In this document: one piece after another, positions 21,987-31,948 of the stretch
How the letters are laid out: each line of letters starts with the position of its first letter
How positions within the stretch are numbered: position 1 is the first letter of the stretch
The notes under the pieces: model-generated
Seen by the model: the letters and a program-made list of their open reading frames with translations, nothing else
What the model was told of the DNA's origin: nothing
Databases searched by the model: none
Origin: a bacterium
GTDB lineage: Bacteria; Zhuqueibacterota; Zhuqueibacteria; Residuimicrobiales; Krinioviventaceae
Length of the DNA: 64,000 bases
Assembly: GCA_963675755.2 (NCBI GenBank)
Contig: CAXXMD010000003.1
Coordinates: forward strand, 128,001 to 192,000
Reading direction: 5' to 3'
Program-made: the position numbers and the translations under genes

Positions 21987-23766
21987 CCAATGACAACGTA
22001 ATCATGGTGGGTCTGCCATGCGGACAAAAATACGGGGTTTCGCAGGCAAACAACTGGTCCACCAACGCATTCATAGATTCATCATTCAGGGTGTCTCCGG
22101 TCATAATTGCAGACCGGCAGGCAACGCTTTTGGCAACACGTTCCTGTATATCTACCTCTGTCCCCAGTTTCAACTTGTACTCGTCCAGAATACCCAACAG
22201 CAGTTTGTTTTCCTGGCCTATACGCATGCCTGACGGTACGCCTTCAAGCACAATGGTGCGACTACCAAATCCTTTGATGATAAATCCTATTTTTTCTAAA
22301 AACGGCAAAATCTCCATCAAATACTCAAAGTCTTCAATAGATAAATCAATAGTCTGCGGAAACAACAACTGCTGAGACGGAGATTCATGATTCTGAAAAT
22401 TATCTTTGACCCGCTCGTAAATAATTCGCTCATGCGCGGCATGCTGGTCAATAATCACAAGTCCGCTTTTGATTTGAGAAACAAGATATTTGTTGTGCAA
22501 TTGCCACAACATCTTGTTCTCTTCCTTGTACTTGTTTGGAGATGGACTCTGCTGCGGTGTCAGGTTGTACCGGGCTACCGGTTCACTTTCTACAGGCTCG
22601 GTATGATCATAGTGGCTGTGCGTTTCCCGTGGCGGTGGATTCTCAAAATCAATCCGCGTTTGGGGTGTAGGAGTTTGACGGATCTCATCTACCAATGGAG
22701 ATGCAAACCGTTTTGAAAAAGATGGCCTGCCGGGTGCTCTAAAATTCTGCATCATCTCTGGCACAATATCATCGGTTTTCATAGACCGTTTGATAGCCCC
22801 ACGGATCAACGTAAACAGCATCTGCTGGTCGGCAAACTTTATTTCACTTTTTGTGGGGTGAACATTTACATCAATCCGCTCGGGATCAATATCCAGAAAC
22901 AACACATACAAAGGGAAACTGCCTTTGGGCAGCATTTCCCCTAGTCCTGCAATAATTGCAGCATTTATAGTACGATCATTAATGAATCGCTTGTTCACAA
23001 ACAGGAACTGATCATTTCGGGTTTTGCGTAATATATCAAAATTGCCAATAAATCCTTTAATATCCATGATAGGATTTTTATCCGTGATCTCTATCAAATT
23101 CTCACGAATTCTTCCACCCATAACATCACCAATACGGTCCGCAAGATCAGACGGTTTGTAACTAAAGACCTCGTTATCATCATGAAAAAAGTCAAAAGCA
23201 ATATGAGGATATGACAATACAAAGCGGTTAGCCATGGAGATAATATGCCGGTATTCGGTAGAGGTTGCGCGGAGGAATTTCCGTCGCGCGGGTGTATTGA
23301 AAAACAAATTTTTGACAGCTATAGAAGTACCGGGATTTCCACCGGTACGGTCCATTTTCACCACAGTACCACCGTCAATATTGATCTGGGTACCCTCAAT
23401 CTGACCTTCGGGCACGGTTTTCATTTCAAGCTGCGATACCGCCGCAATGCTGGCAAGCGCTTCACCTCTGAAACCCAGGGTTAAAATGCGCTCCATATCC
23501 TCATAATCATGAATTTTAGAGGTAGCATGACGCTGGAAAGACATGATGGCATCTTTTTCTTCCATGCCGCAGCCATTGTCCACTATCTGGATCAATCCCT
23601 TGCCGCCCTCTTTGATGATAACGCTGATCTTGTCTGCACCGGCATCAATAGAATTCTCTACCAGTTCCTTTACAACTGAAGAGGGCCGGTCAATCACCTC
23701 ACCGGCCGCAATTTTATTTACAAGATTTTCAGATAATACGCGTATTTTTATGTCACTCTCGCCCAC
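21955..23766 (-). CDS. mutL: DNA mismatch repair endonuclease MutL
   Basis: IAAGEV, KELVENSIDAGA, GFRGEALASI, DVNVHPTK, DQHAAHER, CPHGRP. Confidence 0.98.
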   Translation of the reverse strand: MGESDIKIRVLSENLVNKIAAGEVIDRPSSVVKELVENSIDAGADKISVIIKEGGKGLIQIVDNGCGMEEKDAIMSFQRHATSKIHDYEDMERILTLGFRGEALASIAAVSQLEMKTVPEGQIEGTQINIDGGTVVKMDRTGGNPGTSIAVKNLFFNTPARRKFLRATSTEYRHIISMANRFVLSYPHIAFDFFHDDNEVFSYKPSDLADRIGDVMGGRIRENLIEITDKNPIMDIKGFIGNFDILRKTRNDQFLFVNKRFINDRTINAAIIAGLGEMLPKGSFPLYVLFLDIDPERIDVNVHPTKSEIKFADQQMLFTLIRGAIKRSMKTDDIVPEMMQNFRAPGRPSFSKRFASPLVDEIRQTPTPQTRIDFENPPPRETHSHYDHTEPVESEPVARYNLTPQQSPSPNKYKEENKMLWQLHNKYLVSQIKSGLVIIDQHAAHERIIYERVKDNFQNHESPSQQLLFPQTIDLSIEDFEYLMEILPFLEKIGFIIKGFGSRTIVLEGVPSGMRIGQENKLLLGILDEYKLKLGTEVDIQERVAKSVACRSAIMTGDTLNDESMNALVDQLFACETPYFCPHGRPTMITLSLDELDKRFERT

Positions 23767-23893
23767 GGTACTCCTTGTATATTAAACTCGAATCAATAGT
23801 ATACCGAATTTGAGAATGAATTTCAAGCAGATTATTTAAAAGGTGAGAATTCATTGGTAATATTATAAACCAGATTACCTTGTATTTGCACAA

Positions 23894-24181
23894 CTAGTCA
23901 TTCACTGATCTTTTCAAATCCCGATAAAAATTCTCATGCAATCCCAATGCAATAAAGGTCCTCGAGGCCTCATCCCACATATAAGCTAAAAGATACTGCT
24001 GTCTGATAAGGTTGAATTTATAGACCCAAATATTTGCCAAATCCCCGCTTTTTTGCTGACCAAGTTCAGGATTTTCAATCAACATTTTAATTGCTTGATC
24101 TAATTCCTTGATTTGGTTCTTTTTTAATTTCTTTTTCTGATTTTTAAATTGTCGGGTTTGATAAACTTTAATATCACCCAA
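23894..24181 (-). CDS. Type II toxin, RelE/ParE family
   Basis: 95 aa, basic; NPELGQQKSGDL..IWVYKF and GLHENFYRDLKR. Confidence 0.85.
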   Translation of the reverse strand: MGDIKVYQTRQFKNQKKKLKKNQIKELDQAIKMLIENPELGQQKSGDLANIWVYKFNLIRQQYLLAYMWDEASRTFIALGLHENFYRDLKRSVND

Positions 24182-24183
24182 AA

Positions 24184-24411
24184 TTATTCCCCCTCCCCAA
24201 ATACATAGGGAGTTATATCACCTTCATTTACTTGTTCAATTCCAATCAATATATCTTTAATGAATGTAAAAGGCAGGTCAGGATTATCTTCTGCAATCTC
24301 TCCAATTGTGGCCCAGAATTCAATCTGACCGGCAACAGACCGTTTCATTGCTTTTGACCGGGTCCTTGCTTTATTCACCAATTCATCCGATATTCTTACT
24401 GCTGTAGGCAT
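24184..24411 (-). CDS. Type II antitoxin, ParD-like ribbon-helix-helix
   Basis: MPTAVRISDELV..A...RSVAGQIEFWA.IG.IAEDNPDLP; immediately upstream of the toxin. Confidence 0.85.
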   Translation of the reverse strand: MPTAVRISDELVNKARTRSKAMKRSVAGQIEFWATIGEIAEDNPDLPFTFIKDILIGIEQVNEGDITPYVFGEGE

Positions 24412-24465
24412 AATATCATTCCTTATACAAAACTTACAACTATACATAACATATTACAATTTAAA

Positions 24466-24480
24466 ATTGCAAAATGCAAT
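24466..24480. promoter_or_regulatory. Inverted repeat, possible toxin-antitoxin operator overlapping its promoter
   Basis: ATTGCA-AAA-TGCAAT; the minus strand reads TTGCAT-N17-TAATAT toward the antitoxin. Confidence 0.45.
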
Positions 24481-24519
24481 AAATAACATCATTCTTTTTC
24501 TAATCAATAAATTTTGAAA

Positions 24520-25275
24520 TTACTTGAGCAGTAACAATTTCCGTGTAAAGTTGTATTCTGTGGATTGAAAACGGTAAAAATAAATCCCCGATGGCAAACC
24601 ATGCATATCCAAATTAATATGATAGCTCCCTGAATTATAATACCGGTTAATGAGTGAAAGCACCAATTCCCCATTAATATTATAAAGCGCTAAAGATACC
24701 CGCCCCGCCTGCGGTAAATCAAATTTTATAACCGTTTCATCATTAAAGGGATTGGGATAATTCTGGTATAACCTGAACTCAGAAGGCGCTTGTACAAACG
24801 GATCATGAATTCCGGTTTCAGGATCAAAAACCAATACTCCTGTTTCCACCTGCACTGAGTCAATACCTTGAGCCAGGGTATCGGCAAGAACTACCTCGGT
24901 AGTAAAACGCAATGTATCAGAGCCGGTGATTTGCCGGTCTACGGTTAAAAGCAAATCCGCCAGTTTTTGATTACCAGCAAGAATAGAACGCCCCTGTTTA
25001 TGATAAATCAACACCCGCTCACCATTGGTTAATGCAGTAAAGTCCCCAATCTCATCTGCCAAAACCACGCTGTCAATCCTGACAATAGCGGAATCATCCT
25101 CCAACTCGAATTGAATACCGGCCACTGACGGGTCAGTTTCCAGAAAAACAGGAATGCTCAAAGAATCCGGACCCAGCTCACCCGAGGTACCAAAATATAA
25201 CCGAGTTGAGGGCAATGCAGTCAAACTGTTAAACAGTAAAATTCCTGTCAATATATATCGTTTCAAACATTTCAT
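24520..25275 (-). CDS. Secreted protein: cohesin-like beta domain plus T9SS/FlgD-type C-terminal domain
   Basis: Signal peptide; IPVFLE..VAGIQFEL; [12 protein letters not shown]...RKLLLLK. Confidence 0.75.
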   Translation of the reverse strand: MKCLKRYILTGILLFNSLTALPSTRLYFGTSGELGPDSLSIPVFLETDPSVAGIQFELEDDSAIVRIDSVVLADEIGDFTALTNGERVLIYHKQGRSILAGNQKLADLLLTVDRQITGSDTLRFTTEVVLADTLAQGIDSVQVETGVLVFDPETGIHDPFVQAPSEFRLYQNYPNPFNDETVIKFDLPQAGRVSLALYNINGELVLSLINRYYNSGSYHINLDMHGLPSGIYFYRFQSTEYNFTRKLLLLK

Positions 25276-25276
25276 A

Positions 25277-27172
25277 CTATTGAATATAAACCATTTTTTT
25301 CAATTTATGAAAGCCATTTCCTGTCAGTTCGTAGAAATACACACCTGATGGCACCCGACTGCCAAAACGGTCACGGCCATCCCAGACTTTACGATACGCA
25401 CCTGCCGCGTATTTCCCACCAGCAAGACGAATTACCTCCTGCCCCAGCGTATTGTATATTGTCAAATTTACCTCTCCCGCATCTGCAAGCGAAAAGGAGA
25501 TAACCGTATTCGAGTTAAAAGGATTGGGATAATTGTCATACAGTTCCCAACTATTGACATCTTTCCCTGTATTGTCAATCGCGAGCGGAAAATCAATCTC
25601 TAAAGAATCAACTGCCATAGGAGCACCTCTAGGCCATGTCCCTTTTCTTCCCATACTGTCTGTAGCAGAAATATAATACTGGATAACTCCCGAATACTCG
25701 TTTCCAGGTATCTTTGCCTGGTATCTGTCAATGGGTACAATATATTCCACATCCAGTGAATCAAACGCACCGGATTTCCCATAACGATAATGTACCTTAA
25801 AAGAGGCTGTATCCAATGCAACCGGATCCGTTAATAAAACAGGCGGATTAATGGAAGCAAGGATTGTATAGTCATCAGCAGGATGCTTGAATGTGCTATA
25901 ACTGTAATCCATTATTTCCGGTTCCTCTCCTGCAGCCCAGGCCATAAATAAATTGGCGCCCAGGTTCTCATAACACATAAAATCGATTTCGGTGGTATCC
26001 GGCCAGAATCCTCCCTGCACCGAAAGTCCCACTTCGGGAGTAATGGCAAAAATCCCTTGTTCTCCATATAGCCAGTCATCCGAACTGCCATTTGCCAGAT
26101 AGCCAAGCTTGTTTGTAACTCCATTGTCTGGGGTGTAACCGTTATATGCAACACAACTGTCATTCAATGCCAGAAAAGCAGAGTAATCCGGTTCTTCCGG
26201 ATTCTCGGGTTTGAACCCCCACGGATAGAGCCACAAGTTCCCATAGCTGTGATAAAACAGGCTGATTACAAAATCATGCGCTTCCACAAATTCTTTAATG
26301 GCCCAGGTCTCGGGTTCTGAAAAAGGCGCTAATCCCCGGTAACTTTCACTATTCATATTCGGGCTCGAACCAACATCATTAAATGCCCAGGAAAAACCAA
26401 AATTCCGGTTCAGGTCTACCCCGTCTTTATCCGGATTAAAAATTCCGTTGCCATCGTTATCGTGCATATTTTTACGCCACAAAATAGGATTTGAGGTGCT
26501 GTAAATGCCGCCATAATCTCCGGTAAAGACATAATCCCTACCATCAGGATTCACACACAAGATAAACCACAACTCGCGGTTATTGATCAAATGAGTAGCA
26601 AATGCATTGGTGCCATAGCCATTCAACAAATAATCGATGAAAACAATCAATACTTCAGGAGTAACAATTTCTCTGGCATGAATAGCTGCTGTATACAAGA
26701 CATCCGCTTCGGTTGAATCCTCAACCGAGACATCATCAGATATTTTCATTGCAAGAATATCAAATCCTTTATTATAGGCGACTTTATTATAGCTGTCTCC
26801 AATATCAAAAATCCGCACTAAATCAGGATAGGCGTTTTCCAGAGAATCCATTAACGCTTCTATCTGTTGGATACTGTGAAAATGCTTGAAATAATTGCTG
26901 TTGCGCAATTCATCATAAAATCCATTCAAATCATCAATAACCGTATCAAACGAGAATCCCAAATTCTGCAATTCTTTTTGCTGTTCATAGGTCAAAATTG
27001 CTTCCACAATCCCGGATTCAGACGAGATATGGGTAACATCCAAATCCATCTCGTAAAATTGTTTAATATCATCCGGATTTTCGGTCTCTATTCTTAAAAG
27101 TGAAGGTGCCGAATTATTCGCAGCATAAATTGTCATGGTTAAAAATACCATACAAGCAATAATGTGTTTCAT
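25277..27172 (-). CDS. M14 zinc carboxypeptidase (carboxypeptidase T-like) with C-terminal sorting domain
   Basis: HARE, NPDG, WRKN, GVDLNRNF, PFSEPET, HSYG, NGSSDDW, PEVG; NYPNPFN tail. Confidence 0.92.
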   Translation of the reverse strand: MKHIIACMVFLTMTIYAANNSAPSLLRIETENPDDIKQFYEMDLDVTHISSESGIVEAILTYEQQKELQNLGFSFDTVIDDLNGFYDELRNSNYFKHFHSIQQIEALMDSLENAYPDLVRIFDIGDSYNKVAYNKGFDILAMKISDDVSVEDSTEADVLYTAAIHAREIVTPEVLIVFIDYLLNGYGTNAFATHLINNRELWFILCVNPDGRDYVFTGDYGGIYSTSNPILWRKNMHDNDGNGIFNPDKDGVDLNRNFGFSWAFNDVGSSPNMNSESYRGLAPFSEPETWAIKEFVEAHDFVISLFYHSYGNLWLYPWGFKPENPEEPDYSAFLALNDSCVAYNGYTPDNGVTNKLGYLANGSSDDWLYGEQGIFAITPEVGLSVQGGFWPDTTEIDFMCYENLGANLFMAWAAGEEPEIMDYSYSTFKHPADDYTILASINPPVLLTDPVALDTASFKVHYRYGKSGAFDSLDVEYIVPIDRYQAKIPGNEYSGVIQYYISATDSMGRKGTWPRGAPMAVDSLEIDFPLAIDNTGKDVNSWELYDNYPNPFNSNTVISFSLADAGEVNLTIYNTLGQEVIRLAGGKYAAGAYRKVWDGRDRFGSRVPSGVYFYELTGNGFHKLKKMVYIQ

Positions 27173-27855
27173 TTTTCTCCTTTAAATTGCTCCATCGCAT
27201 AAACAGACAGCAAGCGAACCTTGTTATAGTCATACACAAATTCAATGTGAATGAGCTGGCTAATGCGCTCAATACGGGCGTATACTACAACCTCTTCCTT
27301 CTTTTCATCGTAAGCAATCTGCCAGTTAAAATCAGACGGCAGGTTTAAATCCGTGCCCTTTTGCCTGTAATGGTTCTCTATCTGTTTTATATAATCTTTC
27401 GCCTGGGTTTTCACCAACTCTGTAAAAGCACTCAGATCCTTATAATCGAGAATTGAATCTACTTTGACGGATTTGAACGGTAACGCTAACGCTATATCGG
27501 GTTTAAACCGCAGTGTATCCGTAATAATTGAACCTTTTAATTTTATATATACCGATTTATCATATAGCAAAGAATCTGCCAATAATGCATAGCCCATAGT
27601 CCCGGGTGCCATCCAGTTTGTGAGCATGGGGTGCCAGGTACGGTTAGAATAGCGGTAGCCGTATACACCTGAAATTTGTACTGGGTTACCAGCTTTTACC
27701 AAGTCAATAACCGAAACATATTTCAAAAATAAATTACCAAACCGGGACTGGTCATAGTTTACCTTTGGGTTATTGTTACAACCGGTAATCATAAATAACA
27801 TCAGAATTGCTATTATGAAAATATGGCGCTTATTTACTGTATTCGGGTTTTCCAT
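27169..27855 (-). CDS. Hypothetical lipoprotein
   Basis: Hydrophobic leader ending in lipobox ITGC. Confidence 0.6.
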   Translation of the reverse strand: MENPNTVNKRHIFIIAILMLFMITGCNNNPKVNYDQSRFGNLFLKYVSVIDLVKAGNPVQISGVYGYRYSNRTWHPMLTNWMAPGTMGYALLADSLLYDKSVYIKLKGSIITDTLRFKPDIALALPFKSVKVDSILDYKDLSAFTELVKTQAKDYIKQIENHYRQKGTDLNLPSDFNWQIAYDEKKEEVVVYARIERISQLIHIEFVYDYNKVRLLSVYAMEQFKGEK

Positions 27856-28724
27856 ATGTTTTTCAATTGATTGGTCCATACATCAAAAGTTTCAGAGTAC
27901 AATGTTTTCCCGGCTGCATGCGCAAGAGATTCCAATCTCGCTTTCTCCTGATCAATACTTTTTATCATATTTTCTATAGCAGAAACCGGGCCTGCATTTG
28001 GATTTTGCAGCAAAAACTGTTTCAATTCATACAAATCATGATCGATCCCCAAATACCCGGAAAGTATATGAAATTCTTCCGCCAGATCAGTCAAATCGTC
28101 AGGCTTTTCAGAGGTCAATATCAATAACTGATACCATAAATATTTTACATCTTTACGCCATTCATGCATCAGTACATCATTTGTCTCATCAAAGGCTGTG
28201 AGCATTTCATATTGACCACTATTATAGATTTTTTCCATTCCCTGCCAGAACAGATCATCAGAATCCTCAAGCTGCCAATCTTTAGCACGTGCAGCAATTA
28301 TTTGCAGCTCTTTAATAATATGTTCTTTGACATTATTTTCCTGGAACAGGCGGGCATGCTCTAGATAATGTTCATTCAAAGTTTGACGTACGGGTTCCCA
28401 ACCCGTTTTTTCCGATCTATTCAGCGATTCAGACAAAATATCCAGTGTCTCCACAAGAATAAAGCTGTCCCTGTTGTCAGAAAGCAGCCTGCCTATATCT
28501 CGAAGTGCCAAATTCTCAAATTTATAAACATCATTGCCGAGCTGAACCTGTAACAGCCTCAACATGGCTCTGCATTTTTTTACATTCGTACGTGTATTAT
28601 GGATGCGTTCATCCAGGTTTTCAGATTCATCAGACAGCTCTTCTATCATGGATAACAACAGTTCTGTTAGAATTCGTACAACACCCCAGGACAAAGATTC
28701 AAAAGGTTGCAGCGAAAATGCCAT
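27834..28724 (-). CDS. CHAD-domain protein (polyphosphate-binding family)
   Basis: IHNTRTNVKKCRAMLRL, LSDNRD, MHEWRKDVKYLWYQ, LGIDHDL. Confidence 0.88.
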   Translation of the reverse strand: MAFSLQPFESLSWGVVRILTELLLSMIEELSDESENLDERIHNTRTNVKKCRAMLRLLQVQLGNDVYKFENLALRDIGRLLSDNRDSFILVETLDILSESLNRSEKTGWEPVRQTLNEHYLEHARLFQENNVKEHIIKELQIIAARAKDWQLEDSDDLFWQGMEKIYNSGQYEMLTAFDETNDVLMHEWRKDVKYLWYQLLILTSEKPDDLTDLAEEFHILSGYLGIDHDLYELKQFLLQNPNAGPVSAIENMIKSIDQEKARLESLAHAAGKTLYSETFDVWTNQLKNIWKTRIQ

Positions 28725-28795
28725 AGCTCACAGCTCGCGTATAGTATGAATACGGTCCATTAGAAAAAAACAGAGGTCCCCCCCAGTGGACGGCT

Positions 28796-29572
28796 CTATT
28801 TTAATTTATTCACAACCTGTCTGGTGATCTGCTCAACCAGTTCAGGAGAAACATCAGTTACAGCATCATTAGCTTTTGCAGCAGTTGGTACCTGACAGCC
28901 ATCAATCTCACAGGTTGGCGCATCCGGACGGATACCAAAACGTTTACGGAGATCCATCAGTTCCGACATTTTCTCACCTTTGATGGATTGAACGTTACCC
29001 AATTGATGAGCTACAAACATAATTTTTGCAAAGTGTTCCATGGTTTCCATTTTAAAATGGGCGTCTGTAATGGTTTTACCAACAGTAATAGCACCATGAT
29101 TTTCCAGCAGTACCGCGTCATATTGTTTCAAATACTTACTTACAACATCGGCCAGTTCCTGGGTACCGGGAGTAGCATATTCCGCGATTGGAATAGAACC
29201 CACACTCACAATTACTTCCGGTAAAACACACTGGGTCAATGGAATACCTGCAACCGCATAGCCTGTAGCTGTTGGTGGATGAGCGTGCGCCACAGAATTA
29301 ATATCAGGACGAGCTTTATAGATGGTTACGTGCATCTTGGCTTCGGAAGATGCCTTGCGTGTCCCGGATACCTGATTACCATTTTCATCTACAATTACCA
29401 GATCACTGGGAACCAGAAAGCCTTTGCTCATTCCGGTGGGTGTCATTAAAAAATGTCCGTTATCCAATCTGCAGCTAACATTGCCATCGTTTGCGGCAAC
29501 ATAACCGCGATCATATATTCTGCGGCAGATATCAACCATTTCTTTTTTTAAACTGAATAATGAAGTAGCCAT
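28796..29572 (-). CDS. Class II aldolase (fuculose/rhamnulose-phosphate aldolase-like) with C-terminal encapsulation peptide
   Basis: DGNVS, TPTG, SSE..MH, HAHP, LLENHG; amphipathic tail PELVEQITRQVVNKLK. Confidence 0.9.
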   Translation of the reverse strand: MATSLFSLKKEMVDICRRIYDRGYVAANDGNVSCRLDNGHFLMTPTGMSKGFLVPSDLVIVDENGNQVSGTRKASSEAKMHVTIYKARPDINSVAHAHPPTATGYAVAGIPLTQCVLPEVIVSVGSIPIAEYATPGTQELADVVSKYLKQYDAVLLENHGAITVGKTITDAHFKMETMEHFAKIMFVAHQLGNVQSIKGEKMSELMDLRKRFGIRPDAPTCEIDGCQVPTAAKANDAVTDVSPELVEQITRQVVNKLK

Positions 29573-29588
29573 AACATCCTTCTCTTCT

Positions 29589-29867
29589 TTATAATTCAAC
29601 ATTCATATTTACAGTATCCACAACACCTACAATAATACTTCTTACAGGTGCCTGATTGATTCCCAGTATATCAGAGGCTGTCTTGCCTTCCCGGGAAACC
29701 ATCACAATATCGCCAATACCGGCATCTACAGAATCAACTGCTACCGTGGTATTTGTCTCTTCTTCGCACAGCGGAGAAATATTCCGCAACAGCAACAATT
29801 TACATCCTTTATAAGCAGGATGATGAATTGTACTGGTCACATTACCTATAACTACAGCCAGTTCCAT
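29589..29867 (-). CDS. Microcompartment pentamer shell protein (EutN/CcmL)
   Basis: VIGNVTST, VAVDSVDAGIGDIV, IVGVVD. Confidence 0.92.
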   Translation of the reverse strand: MELAVVIGNVTSTIHHPAYKGCKLLLLRNISPLCEEETNTTVAVDSVDAGIGDIVMVSREGKTASDILGINQAPVRSIIVGVVDTVNMNVEL

Positions 29868-29870
29868 GCT

Positions 29871-30203
29871 CTATCCCCGCACCTGTTTCAAATTCTGTTC
29901 TTTCCACTTTTTCAACCGGCTGTTTGTATACCGTTTATCTTTAGCAAAAGTATTATCCACAATACCAACAATAGAAGCATCAGAAGGGATCTTTTTTCCC
30001 TCCATAGCAAATGAAGCTTCGCGGGAACTAACCCAGTATACCAGATCATCTTCTCTTGAACCAACCGTATCTGCCGCCAGAATGGGTTTACCCATTGCTT
30101 CTTTTTTTTCATTCACAGGCTGTAAAATATACAATTTTACGCCTGTGAGTTGCGGGTCTTTGTGTGTGGCCCATACTCTGCCCACAATTATTCCAAGCTT
30201 CAT
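29871..30203 (-). CDS. Microcompartment pentamer shell protein (EutN/CcmL) with basic C-terminal extension
   Basis: IVGRVWATHK, AADTVGS, DASIVGIVD. Confidence 0.92.
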   Translation of the reverse strand: MKLGIIVGRVWATHKDPQLTGVKLYILQPVNEKKEAMGKPILAADTVGSREDDLVYWVSSREASFAMEGKKIPSDASIVGIVDNTFAKDKRYTNSRLKKWKEQNLKQVRG

Positions 30204-30205
30204 AA

Positions 30206-31624
30206 TTATACAACCCGCAAATAATCAACCATGGAGCATCTGCGCATACGAGTAAATGTGCGCGCGGAGGTAATACCTTCTCCGGTTGGGCTGGCAATAC
30301 TGTGACTCAAATAACCTTCACCACCAATACCAAGGCCTGCAAAGGATGGCCCGTTTTTCACAAACAAGGTACAATTCATCAACTTGGCCATCTTGGTCAT
30401 ATTTTCAACATTTTTAGAGTGCATAAGCGCAGTATGTCTGAAATTGTGTTCTACTTTTTGGGCTAAAAGTATAGCTGCGTCAACATTGGGTGAACGTAAA
30501 AATGGCAAACAATTCATCATTTGTTCGGCAACTACAAAGGGATGATCATTCGGAGTTTCGGCAAACAACATTTCAGTATCCGCAGGGATGCTAATACCCA
30601 ATGCATCCGCCAGATAGTGTGCATCTTTACCAACAAACTCGCGGTTTAGAACAGGCTCACCAGGACCTTTACCACCGTCTTTAAAAACAATCTCTGCCAG
30701 ACGATTAATCTGCTCAAGAGTCAGTTCAAATGATTTATGTGCAACAAGCTGACGTTTCAGTTCGTCGGCAATACTTTCAACAGCGATAATTATTTTTTCA
30801 CCAATACATAACAAATTGTTATCAAATGTAGCACCTTCAATAATGCTCTTGGCAGCATTGGCAAGGTCTGCGGTCTCGTCTACAACAACGGGGGGATTAC
30901 CAGGGCCCGCACAGATGGCACGTTTGCCCGCTTTCATAGCAGCTTTAACAACACCGGGGCCACCAGTTATACATAATATATTAACCTTGGGATGAGTGAA
31001 CAAAGTTTGACCGGTTTCCATTGTAGGATTTTTCACACAGGTGATCAAATTTGCCGGTCCGCCTACTTTGACTATTGCTTCATTTATCAATTGAACGGCA
31101 TAATTGGTTACATTCTTTGCACCTGGATGAGCGTTGGCAATAATTGAATTACCGGCAGCAATCATACTGATTGCGTTATTAATCATGGTTGGCACAGGAT
31201 GGGTTGAAGGCAATATCGCTCCAATAGTACCAAAAGGAGCCATTTCTACAACCGTCAAACCATGGTCACCAGACCATGCAATGGTCTCCAGGTCTTCAAC
31301 ACCCGGGGTATGCTTGGAAGCCAGTTTACATTTCTGTATCTTGTGTTCAACACGGCCCATTTTTGTTTCTGCAACAGTCATTTGGCCAAACTCAACGGCG
31401 TTGGCCTGACCTACCTGGCGAATGGCTTCAATGATATCTTTGCGCAATTCAATTGTACTGTCAACCAGCTTGAGCTGTGCTTCATATGCCGCGTCTATTG
31501 CATCTTCAATATTATCATATACACCGGTTGAACAAGTAGTGCAAGTGCTGGGTGCACCTTTTTTTTCAACATTCAACTCGGTCAATACTCGCTGCACTAT
31601 GGCAGATATTTGTTTTTCATCCAC
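30206..31624 (-). CDS. CoA-acylating aldehyde dehydrogenase (EutE/PduP family) with N-terminal encapsulation peptide
   Basis: PSTHP, TGGPGVV, AGPGNPP, FDNNLLCIGEK, PTGEGITSA; N-terminus MDEKQISAIVQRVLTEL. Confidence 0.93.
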   Translation of the reverse strand: MDEKQISAIVQRVLTELNVEKKGAPSTCTTCSTGVYDNIEDAIDAAYEAQLKLVDSTIELRKDIIEAIRQVGQANAVEFGQMTVAETKMGRVEHKIQKCKLASKHTPGVEDLETIAWSGDHGLTVVEMAPFGTIGAILPSTHPVPTMINNAISMIAAGNSIIANAHPGAKNVTNYAVQLINEAIVKVGGPANLITCVKNPTMETGQTLFTHPKVNILCITGGPGVVKAAMKAGKRAICAGPGNPPVVVDETADLANAAKSIIEGATFDNNLLCIGEKIIIAVESIADELKRQLVAHKSFELTLEQINRLAEIVFKDGGKGPGEPVLNREFVGKDAHYLADALGISIPADTEMLFAETPNDHPFVVAEQMMNCLPFLRSPNVDAAILLAQKVEHNFRHTALMHSKNVENMTKMAKLMNCTLFVKNGPSFAGLGIGGEGYLSHSIASPTGEGITSARTFTRMRRCSMVDYLRVV

Positions 31625-31650
31625 TGTATTATTTCCTTATCCAATACAAC

Positions 31651-31938
31651 CTATTTTTGATATACCACTTTACCCTTGAATTCCATTGTATCAATAATGC
31701 CAATGATACACGTATCCGTGGGTACACTTTCCATATTGACGGCCTGTCGCGCTGAACTGCCGCGAACCAGAATGACCATTTCATCAATTCCGGCGCCAAC
31801 TGTATCTACAGCAATCACATTGCCAGATGATGCCTTGCCATCCGGTGAAACCAGATTTACGATCATCAACTTGCTGCCGGACAACTTTTTGTCCTTAATG
31901 GTTGACACAACCGTACCAACTACTTTACCTAATTCCAC
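31651..31938 (-). CDS. Microcompartment pentamer shell protein (EutN/CcmL)
   Basis: GKVVGTVVSTIK, AVDTVGAG, GSSAR, IIGIID. Confidence 0.93.
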   Translation of the reverse strand: MELGKVVGTVVSTIKDKKLSGSKLMIVNLVSPDGKASSGNVIAVDTVGAGIDEMVILVRGSSARQAVNMESVPTDTCIIGIIDTMEFKGKVVYQK

Positions 31939-31948
31939 AATAACTCCT

